From the NCBI RefSeq assembly GCF_018336915.1, contig NZ_CP064923.1, forward strand, positions 960,001 to 992,000: 32,000 bases of DNA, written 5' to 3'. Numbering within the stretch: the first letter of the stretch is position 1; each line of letters opens with the position of its first letter. Source of the DNA: Acaryochloris marina S15 (GTDB lineage Bacteria > Cyanobacteriota > Cyanobacteriia > Thermosynechococcales > Thermosynechococcaceae). Both the position numbers and the translations under genes were made by a program. Under the pieces are notes generated by a model. The model saw only the letters and a list, made by a program, of their open reading frames with translations. It did no database searches and was not told the origin of the DNA. Of the stretch, positions 19,113 through 26,775 are shown one piece after another.

Positions 19113-19337
19113 AGATCTAAAGGAACAACTCAATTGACATGTATATCAATCATGCCCTGTCCTGACTGCTTTTGGCAGAGGAATGGTATGCAATATCTCG
19201 CAACGCCATACTCAATACTGAGGTTGAAGAATATTTAGCTCTTCCAGCCAGTATAAGTTCGAATCCTAGAAATATACTCTGATTGTAGGTAAAAGGCCGG
19301 AAGTATTACTCGATAGGAGATGATCGAAAGCGCTACG

Positions 19338-19688
19338 CTAAGAAGCTGATATTTTCTTCTGCAAATCCTTGGTATCTTTTGCGATTAGGGATTCAACGTA
19401 TCCATTTAAACTGGTGCCTATATTATGGGCCTGAAGAATGGCTAATCGATGCAGTTCAGGTGTAGTGCGAGTGGAGAAGTTACCGGAATACTGTTTTTCG
19501 GGCTCCTGGCCCAACTCTGTACAGAAGGCTAGATAATCATCCACTGAGTCATAAAATGCTTGGGTCGCCTCTGCAACGGTAGTGCCCTCAAAGTGGATGG
19601 TCCCTTTCATGTCTAGAACCATGCCGCCGATCGCGCCACTTTCTTCATCCACTTCTAGTTTGGCGTTGTAGCCTTTATAACTAAGCAT
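19338..19688 (-). CDS. hicB: Type II toxin-antitoxin system antitoxin, HicB family
   Basis: 116 aa. The N-terminal fold is HicB-like (YKGYNAKLEVDEESGAIGGMVLDMKGTIHFEGTTVAEA). The C-terminal segment YSGNFSTRTTPELHRLAILQAHNIGTSLNGYVESLI is an RHH/CopG-like DNA-binding region. The start overlaps the hicA stop by 8 nt. Confidence 0.85.
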   Translation of the reverse strand: MLSYKGYNAKLEVDEESGAIGGMVLDMKGTIHFEGTTVAEATQAFYDSVDDYLAFCTELGQEPEKQYSGNFSTRTTPELHRLAILQAHNIGTSLNGYVESLIAKDTKDLQKKISAS

Positions 19689-19938
19689 TTTCTACACCTG
19701 CATCTTTGAGATATTTACGGACGGCTTTAACCAATAACTTACCTGCAGTCGGTTCAGGATGAGGTCGATGGAATATAGCAGGGAGATCTCCCAGTACTAC
19801 TCTGATCCGGGAGCCATTACCTTCGGTGATCGTTGCCCCCAATGCGACTAACAGGCTCTCAATATCAGACCACCTAATATTTCCTGAAATAGGGTCTGCA
19901 AATAAACGTTCGAGGATTTTTCGTTGTTTACTGTTCAC
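19681..19938 (-). CDS. hicA: Type II toxin-antitoxin system toxin, HicA family (mRNA interferase)
   Basis: 85 aa. KQRKILERLF...IRWSDIESLLVALGATITEGNGSRIRVVL...IFHRPHP matches the HicA/YcfA pattern, including the conserved His region. It lies immediately upstream of hicB and is translationally coupled to it. Confidence 0.85.
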   Translation of the reverse strand: MNSKQRKILERLFADPISGNIRWSDIESLLVALGATITEGNGSRIRVVLGDLPAIFHRPHPEPTAGKLLVKAVRKYLKDAGVENA

Positions 19939-19952
19939 CTATACCTCTTATA

Positions 19953-19993
19953 CGTGCATTAATGCTAGCACTATTTGCTAGCATTAATGCACG
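19953..19993. promoter_or_regulatory. Perfect 18-bp inverted repeat (5-nt spacer) upstream of hicA; candidate HicB operator
   Basis: CGTGCATTAATGCTAGCA (19953-19970), spacer CTATT, then TGCTAGCATTAATGCACG (19976-19993). It lies 15-55 nt upstream of the hicA start codon (19938, minus strand). It contains nested palindromes GCATTAATGC and GCTAGC. Confidence 0.55.
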
Positions 19994-20205
19994 GGGATTA
20001 GCTCTAAATCTAAGTCGTATAGTCATCTGAATTAATGGCCTAGCCTTAATCTCAGTAATGATGAGTATTGTTCTGAAGAGACTCGACTTGTGTCGTCCCA
20101 ATCAATACTTTCTCTATTTGTAAGTAGGGTTTAAGTACAAAGTGAAGGCTCATCTAGATTCACCAATCTCACGTTAAATATCTGTATGTTGATTGCAAAT
20201 ACCCA

Positions 20206-21192
20206 ATGATTCAGTCATTAGATGAACTCTCTAAGATTCTTGAGAAGACAGAGCTAGCTAGTCGGCAGCTAGCAGAGATGAAGATCTTAGAGACTGGTGA
20301 GCGAGCTTTTGTTGTTGAGGTTGATTTGGCTAACGCTTTTCAATCCTGGGAAATATTATCGAGTCTCAAGTCTCGCACCGGGAGATGTCCTATCATCGTT
20401 GCTAACTTTGAAAAAGATAGTAAATGGAAAGATTCTTTTACCAATGACACCTCTACATTTTCAAGAAATGAATTTCAAGATATTTGGGATGATAATGGTA
20501 CTTATCGCAGGATAAAGAGGGATATCTCCCCACGCTCAATTATTAAGCGTGCTGAGGTCTTAGAAATTGATGCTGTCCTCAACGCTTACTCTAAAGCAGA
20601 GGAAGAGGCTGAGTGGAGACATGCAGACTTAGAAGAAATTGAATGGCAGGTAGATCAAACAAAGCGTGATTTTGGTATTGCTCTCTCTGTCTCAGAAGTT
20701 ATCAATGCTCTGGATGGGGATAACAAGAAGATTACTCAAACTCAACTGGAGGCGTTTCTGTTTAAATGGGAGCAGCAGCATGCTGATTCAAGTCAATTTT
20801 TAGCAAGACCCGGCACTATACTCAAATATCTGAGCTGGTATGAACCTTCACCTGATGAAGGAATGGGAATTATGCTTCTTCCAACTCTCAGTAGCTGGCA
20901 TGCCCTTGCCTACATGAGTTTTTGGGGAGCAGAGGGATCTATTGAGACAGAAAAGACTATGACTGTTCTAAAGTCATGGAATCAATGGTTTGGGGCAGAA
21001 TTAGTGGCCCATTACGGGACTATATTGAATTTATTGGTGCAGAGAGTTCCTTCTACTGAACAAGCATTCCAGTTAGCGTGGGAACAAGATTGTGTCGCTT
21101 CTTGCACCATTGGTTTGTCAGGTATCTCTTTGAGGGAACTGGCGAGAGCTTTGCTACACACTAACCGTTGGTTCTTGCATGCTCGTCCCTAG
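20206..21192 (+). CDS. DUF4253 domain-containing protein
   Basis: 328 aa. The N-terminal W..L..L...TGRCPII and the C-terminal FWGAEG...LKSWNQWFGAELVAHYGTILNLLVQRVPSTEQAFQLAWEQDCVASCTI...SLRELARALL..NRWFL match the DUF4253 pattern as I remember it. Confidence 0.65.
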   Translation: MIQSLDELSKILEKTELASRQLAEMKILETGERAFVVEVDLANAFQSWEILSSLKSRTGRCPIIVANFEKDSKWKDSFTNDTSTFSRNEFQDIWDDNGTYRRIKRDISPRSIIKRAEVLEIDAVLNAYSKAEEEAEWRHADLEEIEWQVDQTKRDFGIALSVSEVINALDGDNKKITQTQLEAFLFKWEQQHADSSQFLARPGTILKYLSWYEPSPDEGMGIMLLPTLSSWHALAYMSFWGAEGSIETEKTMTVLKSWNQWFGAELVAHYGTILNLLVQRVPSTEQAFQLAWEQDCVASCTIGLSGISLRELARALLHTNRWFLHARP

Positions 21193-21275
21193 TCAAGCTT
21201 TTTAATACTGGAGATTGGTTAGCCTTTGCCAAGTGTCAAGGTAGTTATCAGCAGACTACTCGATCTCTGAATCTA

Positions 21276-23041
21276 ACCGACATTCAGCAGGTACTAACCA
21301 TCAAGGGATAATTTTGAGGTTGTCTCTCAACGCAAGTCCATGTATTCACCTCAAGAGATAGACGTTCAGGATATTGACCATCTCGGTATTATTGCCGGTA
21401 TCGTCGATGAGATCGGCATTGTCGAAATAGTGGATCGATTATTAGGTACTCACGAGCAAGAGAATGTTAGTTGTGGTCAAGTTGTCAAAGCCCTGATTCT
21501 AAATGGTATGGGCTTTTTGAGTGCTCCATTGTACTTATTTAGTGAGTTTTTCGAAAGCAAAGCAACCGAGCACTTACTCGGTCAAGGTGTACTGCCAGAG
21601 CACCTCAACGATACCCGTATCGGTCGAGTCCTCGACAAGCTCTATGCCTATGGTGTGACCCAGATATTTATCCATGTGGCAATGGCAGTCGTTCAGAAAT
21701 TCGATGTAGCTCTAAGGTGTGCGCATCTAGATGCGACAAGCCTTAGTGTTGAGGGGCAATACTTAGATAAACCACAGGTTGAGGCGTCAGACGAATCCCC
21801 CTCTGCACCTGAGTCCCCCTCCCCTGCACTGGCTGAATCAGAGGAGCCGATACCCGTGAAAATCACCTACGGCTACTCACGGGACAATCGTCGTGATCTC
21901 AAGCAGTTTGTATTGAACCTACTGGTGAGTGGGGACGGGGGTATTCCTTTATTTTTACAAGTGGGCAACGGTAATGATGCGGACAAAAGTACGTTTGTGC
22001 CTATCATCCATGAATTTAAGCAACAGTGGAGTCAGCAACAGCCAGAGGTGATTGTTGCTGATAGTGCCCTCTACAGTGCCGACAATCTGCAAGCATTAGG
22101 AAGTACATCTTGGATTAGCCGAGTTCCAGCAAGTTCAACGGCAGCCCAAGACTTATTACAAGGGCTGCCGGGTTCACAGTTTCACCCCAGTGCTCTCAAC
22201 GGCTATAGCTTTGTCGAAGTATGTAGTACCTATGGAGAGATTCAACAACGGTGGCTGGTGGTTGAAAGTAAAGCTCGCAGAGACTCTGGACTCAAACAAG
22301 TGCAAAAGCGGATTGATCAGGCGTTTAGCCAAAAAACTACTGCACTTAAAACCCTCTGCAAACAGACCTTCTTGTGCCCTGCAGATGCTTTAGCTGCAGC
22401 CCAAGATTTTGGCAAAATCCTCAGGTATCACACCCTTGACGATCTCAAAATCCACAAAAAACCTCATTATTCAAAGGCTGGACGACCGACAAAAGCAACG
22501 GTTGTGACTCACTACACCTATTCTATTGAGGCTACCTTAACCCTCAATGAGCCAGTCATCGAACGCTATCGGCGGCAAGCAGGTCGTTTCATCTTAGCCA
22601 CCAATCTCTTGGAACAAGAGCAATGGAGCAATGATGATATTCTGCGCGAGTATAAGAACCAGCAGGCGTGTGAAGGAGGCTTTCGCTTTATCAAAGATCC
22701 ACTCTTCTTTGCCTCTAGTGTTTTCCTGAAGACACCTCGGCGTATCGCTGCCTTAGCCATGATCATGGCCTTGTGTTTGATGGTCTACAGCTTAGGACAA
22801 CGACAGTTAAGAAATGCACTAGAACAAGTACAAACAACTCTCCCTAATCAGAAGGGGAAACAAACTATGAAACCTACGTTACGTTGGATTCTCCAATGCT
22901 TTCAGGCCGTCCATTTAGTTTGGCTTGATGGTGCCAAGCATCTCATCAAGCTCAACAGCAGGCAGCAACTTATCTTGCCGTTCCTTGGGAAGGGCTGTAA
23001 AAAATATTATCTGCTCTGCTAGCTAGCCTGCTGAATGTAGG
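21276..23041 (+). mobile_element. IS1634/IS4-like insertion sequence (1766 bp), apparently intact
   Basis: Terminal inverted repeats CCGACATTCAGCAGG (21276-21290) and CCTGCTGAATGTAGG (23027-23041) are complementary at 14 of 15 positions. A 6-bp direct repeat ATCTAA flanks the element on both sides (21270-21275 and 23042-23047). It contains a single long transposase ORF. Confidence 0.8.
21340..23022 (+). CDS. IS1634-family (IS4 superfamily) DDE transposase
   Basis: 560 aa. The N-terminus DIDHLGIIAGIVDEIGIVEIVDRLLG...GQVVKALILNGMGF is characteristic of IS1634-type transposases. DATSLSVEG, VADSALYSADN and ILREYKNQQACEGGFRFIKDP match the DDE / Y-2-R-3-E region. Confidence 0.85.
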   Translation: MYSPQEIDVQDIDHLGIIAGIVDEIGIVEIVDRLLGTHEQENVSCGQVVKALILNGMGFLSAPLYLFSEFFESKATEHLLGQGVLPEHLNDTRIGRVLDKLYAYGVTQIFIHVAMAVVQKFDVALRCAHLDATSLSVEGQYLDKPQVEASDESPSAPESPSPALAESEEPIPVKITYGYSRDNRRDLKQFVLNLLVSGDGGIPLFLQVGNGNDADKSTFVPIIHEFKQQWSQQQPEVIVADSALYSADNLQALGSTSWISRVPASSTAAQDLLQGLPGSQFHPSALNGYSFVEVCSTYGEIQQRWLVVESKARRDSGLKQVQKRIDQAFSQKTTALKTLCKQTFLCPADALAAAQDFGKILRYHTLDDLKIHKKPHYSKAGRPTKATVVTHYTYSIEATLTLNEPVIERYRRQAGRFILATNLLEQEQWSNDDILREYKNQQACEGGFRFIKDPLFFASSVFLKTPRRIAALAMIMALCLMVYSLGQRQLRNALEQVQTTLPNQKGKQTMKPTLRWILQCFQAVHLVWLDGAKHLIKLNSRQQLILPFLGKGCKKYYLLC

Positions 23042-23147
23042 ATCTAAGTTAAATCTGCCAGCTTGGCCTATTTTCTACCAGTGTTTGTGATCTATTCACT
23101 GCAGATAAGAGTACTCATTGAGAAAACCATTGTTATCTTGATACAGA

Positions 23148-23489
23148 ATGGTTTTGATAATCTTGGGAACTGCAATATTGGTGAATTTGTCAGAAATCGC
23201 CCAAAGACTGTCCCATGACTCTTCTGCTTGGGTTAGTGAGTCTGTAGACCGTTTTAATGGCAATCAAGTGGACGTTCATCTGTTTCAGTGTATAGTTGCA
23301 AATTGGCATCTCCACACTGAAACAGATGAAATGTTTGTGGTGCTATCTGGTTCAGTCACCATTGACACTGAGAACGGTAGTTTTAAACTGAATGAAAATG
23401 ATTGCATGGTCGTCAAGGCTGGCACCAAACATCGTGCTAGGACAGATGAAACAGCCACACTGATGACCTTAATTGGAGAGACGATGTGA
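23148..23489 (+). CDS. Small cupin domain protein
   Basis: 113 aa. WHLHTETDEMFVVLSGSVTIDTENGSFKLNENDCMVVKAGTKHRA fits the two-motif cupin_2 pattern (H.H...E...V..G ... G..H). The start is uncertain; GTG 23181 (VNLSEIAQ...) is an alternative. Confidence 0.65.
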   Translation: MVLIILGTAILVNLSEIAQRLSHDSSAWVSESVDRFNGNQVDVHLFQCIVANWHLHTETDEMFVVLSGSVTIDTENGSFKLNENDCMVVKAGTKHRARTDETATLMTLIGETM

Positions 23490-23593
23490 CCATTCCCTCC
23501 AGAACACTTTTTATCTAGGCAACATTTCCAGGTTTGTGTACCTAGCTCATGCTGAATAAGGGGGGCAATTATCCCAATCGCAAGATAGGAAAA

Positions 23594-24097
23594 TTAAACT
23601 GCTTCACCTGGAACGAATTTTAGGGATACACCGTTCATGCAGTAGCGTTTACCTGTGGGTTTAGGACCATCACCAAAAACATGACCTAGATGTCCTCCAC
23701 AACGATGACAATGCACTTCAGTTCGAGGCAGAACCAGCACAAAATCAGTTGTAGTATCTACCGCGCCTTTAATAGGTGCATAAAAACTGGGCCAGCCTGT
23801 CCCACTGTCAAACTTGGTCTCAGATGTAAACAGCGGTAAATCACACCCTGCACAGTGAAAGACACCTTTGCCATATTCCTTATCCAAGGGGCTGCTGCGA
23901 GGACGTTCCGTTCCTTTCTCTCGTAGAACGTGGAACTGAGCAGGTGTAAGAGCCTGACGCCACTCGTCTTCAGTTTTAGTGACTTCAAATACCTCGGCGG
24001 CCATTGCTTTGCCAGAAAACCATTTCGGTAGAAAACTCGAAAATCCTGTTGTTCCCATTAGTACCGTTCCTACCTTCAATAAGGCTCTTCTTTTCAT
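23594..24097 (-). CDS. msrB: Peptide-methionine (R)-S-oxide reductase MsrB with an N-terminal Tat-like signal peptide
   Basis: 167 aa. SelR core GVFHCAGCDLPLF...KFDSGTGWPSF...VHCHRCGGHLGHVF.DGP.PTG.RYC.N. The N-terminus is MKRRALLKVGTVLMGTTGF...AMA. Confidence 0.9.
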   Translation of the reverse strand: MKRRALLKVGTVLMGTTGFSSFLPKWFSGKAMAAEVFEVTKTEDEWRQALTPAQFHVLREKGTERPRSSPLDKEYGKGVFHCAGCDLPLFTSETKFDSGTGWPSFYAPIKGAVDTTTDFVLVLPRTEVHCHRCGGHLGHVFGDGPKPTGKRYCMNGVSLKFVPGEAV

Positions 24098-24362
24098 GAT
24101 CCGATTTCTGAATTTATCTATCTTGAGTCAGTCTCAAAACAACGACTCGACCCATAGTTCAGGATAAACGAAATCTATGTGTTCCTGTTCTGGAAACTCT
24201 CAAGTAACTTTAGAGACACCTCCAGCTCTAGGGATTAGGGCTAGAAAAACCGAAGGCATGAACTGGCATACAGATGAAAGAGCCCAGATAATCCTACATC
24301 TTGAGCCTCATTACTTTTAGGAGAATTCAAATCAAGTACTAGAGAAGTGAAAAGAGACTTGC

Positions 24363-24417
24363 TTATCCATACTCATTACGGCTACACTTAAAACATAGTC
24401 GTAATGAGTATGGATAA
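24363..24417. repeat. Perfect 18-bp inverted repeat with a 19-nt loop in the msrB/ABC-exporter intergenic region
   Basis: TTATCCATACTCATTACG (24363-24380) and CGTAATGAGTATGGATAA (24400-24417). No adjacent U-tract follows on either strand. Confidence 0.6.
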
Positions 24418-24608
24418 ATAACAGATGGAAGGGGAATTCGATGAGCGACTCTCACAAGTTTTCTACACCAAAAAGTTGGTAGTACTAGGACAACTGAAAT
24501 TAATGAATACCCAGGTTTTTGGGACCATTCATCACCATATTTCTAGACAGAAAATAAAGTTTGTTCGTGCCTCTGCGTTATACCCGATTGCTTGATTTAG
24601 GAGGAGTT

Positions 24609-24779
24609 ATGTTTACACCAATTTTTTCTCTTCATGGGGAGGTTCAACCGACTTCTCAAGCTCGTCCTCGACAGCTACAAACAATTGAGTGGATTATTCT
24701 CGGCATTCTCCTGTTTGGGGGCAAGGTGATCTCCAATCATCTAGTCATACTCTTACTGTCTCAGCATTTTGGGAGATAG
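24609..24779 (+). CDS. Possible small membrane protein (56 aa), hypothetical
   Basis: ATG 24609 is preceded by a strong Shine-Dalgarno-like TAGGAGGAG (24598-24606). The product MFTPIFSLHGEVQPTSQARPRQLQTIEWIILGILLFGGKVISNHLVILLLSQHFGR has one hydrophobic helix. It ends 92 nt upstream of the ABC exporter gene on the same strand. Confidence 0.35.
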   Translation: MFTPIFSLHGEVQPTSQARPRQLQTIEWIILGILLFGGKVISNHLVILLLSQHFGR

Positions 24780-24871
24780 GTTCAACTGCCATGCAGGATT
24801 TTGTATTATATTGTAGTATGCAGTGGGAGCCTGCCTAAAGATATCTACACAGCAGGATTAGTTTCCAAATC

Positions 24872-26689
24872 ATGGCTACTTATAAAGATATTGTTCGATA
24901 CTATCGACAATACTGGGGAATCTCTCTGCTCAGCATTGCAGCAGCTAGCCTGTTTGAAATTATTGACCTGGTAGTCCCCTATGCCATTGGTCAAATTCTC
25001 AACGTTCTGTCTCGGGAACCTTTAGATGCTCCTTTGCAGGCCTTCATTAGTCAGATCTCTGCAATAACCCGCATACCCCTAGGCCGTTCCTTGTCTCTGT
25101 GGACTTTGCTGGGCATGATCTTTCTGGTGACTGTCGTTCGAGCACCGATTCAGCCCTGGATTGGGAGCTGGTTTCACTGGGCGATACCGTTGAGGGCAAA
25201 ACGCGATCGCACTCGGCAAGTCCTCAAAAAAATCCTTACCCTCCCCCTGGATTTCTACGATGAAAATAATCCAGGTCGGATTGCAGGTCGGGTTGCTAGG
25301 GGTGTAACGAACCACACCTGGACCTATCCCGAAATTGCTGGACAGTTTATTCCCAAGCTCATGCGAGTGCTGGGGATTTTTATCATCATTGGTTTGATTG
25401 CATGGCCCATCGCCATTATTTTCCTAATCTCCTTTATCGTCATTTTCACCTTTAGCCTTTGGGACTTACGCTTGCTGATTAAGCGGGAAGAGATTCTCGA
25501 TCGCTATATCGAAAATACCGAGAGTCGCACCTCCGAGATCATCACCAATATCAAAACTGTCAAAGCATTTGCCACCGAAGCTGCCGAATTAGAGCGTCAA
25601 CAGCAGCGGCTCGATCGAGAAATGCAGGTGGTCCTCTTTCGAATTCATAAGGGCTATGTAAAGCTGGCAACTTGGCAACGAACCATCGTTCAAGCCTGTG
25701 TGTTCGGTGTCCTTACCCTCACCCTGATGGCAACGGTACGGGGCGATATTTCCCTGGGTCACTTTGTCACCACTCTGACTGTATCCAGCATGGCCTATGC
25801 CGAAATCGAGCCCCTAAGTATGGTGGCTGAAATCTTTGCCCGTCGCTATGCTTCCATGTTGCGGTTGCACGAATTTATGCAGCAACCTGATGGTGCAGAT
25901 GCATCAAGTCTCAGTTTAGAGCCAGTCCACCAAAATCCTTATCGGTTCTCTGGCAACCTAGAGTTGCAACACCTCAGCTTTGGCTACGATCCGAATCAAC
26001 CCGTACTACAAGATATCAATCTGACCATCAATCCGTGCCAGACCGTTGCCCTTGTAGGCCGATCAGGGTCAGGGAAATCCACCTTAGTCAAACTCCTCTT
26101 TCGCTATTTCGAACCCCATGCTGGGCAGATCCTCATGGATGGTCAAGATATCCGATCGCTGGATGTGACTCGATATCGCCGCCGATTAGCCATTGTTCAT
26201 CAAGATGTCGATATTTTTAACGGCACCATTCTCGAAAATCTCACCTATGGGAATCCCACCGTCAGTTTTGAGCAAGTTCAATCCGCCTGTGCCATTGCCA
26301 AGGTCGGGGAATTTGTCCATCAGCTTCCCCAAGGCTATGCCACCGTTGTGGGAGAGCGAGGAGTAAGACTATCAGGCGGGCAACGCCAGCGACTGGGTAT
26401 CGCTCGGGCCTTGATTGTCGATCCAGATGTCCTCATCTTTGACGAAGCGACTTCCAGCCTTGACTATGAATCCGAACGCACGATTCAGCTTGCCATGCGT
26501 TCTCTTCTCGGAACGCGAACGCTGCTCATTATTGCTCACCGCCTCAGCACCGTCCGGGAGGCAGATCAAATTGTTGTCCTGGATCAAGGCCAGATTGCAG
26601 AGGTGGGGAACCATGATCAGCTTCTGCACCAGGGTGGCATTTACCATCGACTCCATACCCTACAAGAAACGGGAGAACTACGGGTATAG
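24872..26689 (+). CDS. ABC transporter, fused permease/ATP-binding protein (ABCB/MsbA-type exporter)
   Basis: 605 aa. N-terminal 6-TM exporter domain. Walker A GRSGSGKST, signature LSGGQRQR, Walker B LIFDEATSSLD, H-loop IIAHRLST. Confidence 0.9.
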   Translation: MATYKDIVRYYRQYWGISLLSIAAASLFEIIDLVVPYAIGQILNVLSREPLDAPLQAFISQISAITRIPLGRSLSLWTLLGMIFLVTVVRAPIQPWIGSWFHWAIPLRAKRDRTRQVLKKILTLPLDFYDENNPGRIAGRVARGVTNHTWTYPEIAGQFIPKLMRVLGIFIIIGLIAWPIAIIFLISFIVIFTFSLWDLRLLIKREEILDRYIENTESRTSEIITNIKTVKAFATEAAELERQQQRLDREMQVVLFRIHKGYVKLATWQRTIVQACVFGVLTLTLMATVRGDISLGHFVTTLTVSSMAYAEIEPLSMVAEIFARRYASMLRLHEFMQQPDGADASSLSLEPVHQNPYRFSGNLELQHLSFGYDPNQPVLQDINLTINPCQTVALVGRSGSGKSTLVKLLFRYFEPHAGQILMDGQDIRSLDVTRYRRRLAIVHQDVDIFNGTILENLTYGNPTVSFEQVQSACAIAKVGEFVHQLPQGYATVVGERGVRLSGGQRQRLGIARALIVDPDVLIFDEATSSLDYESERTIQLAMRSLLGTRTLLIIAHRLSTVREADQIVVLDQGQIAEVGNHDQLLHQGGIYHRLHTLQETGELRV

Positions 26690-26703
26690 TCAAGGCTCTT
26701 CCT

Positions 26704-26743
26704 AAGTGGCTCTCTTCTCCAAACAAGGGAAAGAGAGCCACTT
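26704..26743. terminator. 13-bp perfect hairpin between convergent genes (possible bidirectional terminator)
   Basis: AAGTGGCTCTCTT (26704-26716) pairs with AAGAGAGCCACTT (26731-26743), with a 14-nt loop. It lies 15 nt after the ABC exporter stop and about 30 nt after the channel gene stop. The flanking U-tracts are weak. Confidence 0.35.
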
Positions 26744-26775
26744 CTTAATGTCTATGCCCAAGAACAGCTTGAGGG

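Noticed and set aside
19255-19268. GTTCGAATCC, a tRNA T-loop-like decamer, in the alaS-hicB spacer
   Set aside because: The flanking bases do not form a 5-bp T-stem (ATAAG versus CCTAG), and no acceptor or anticodon stems can be drawn. I take it as a chance match.
24872-26689. The ABC exporter as the type I secretion partner of the RTX protein
   Set aside because: No adjacent HlyD-type membrane fusion gene or outer-membrane factor is present. The exporter has no N-terminal C39/CLD domain, lies 12 kb away and is separated from the RTX gene by unrelated genes. It looks like a generic ABCB half-transporter.
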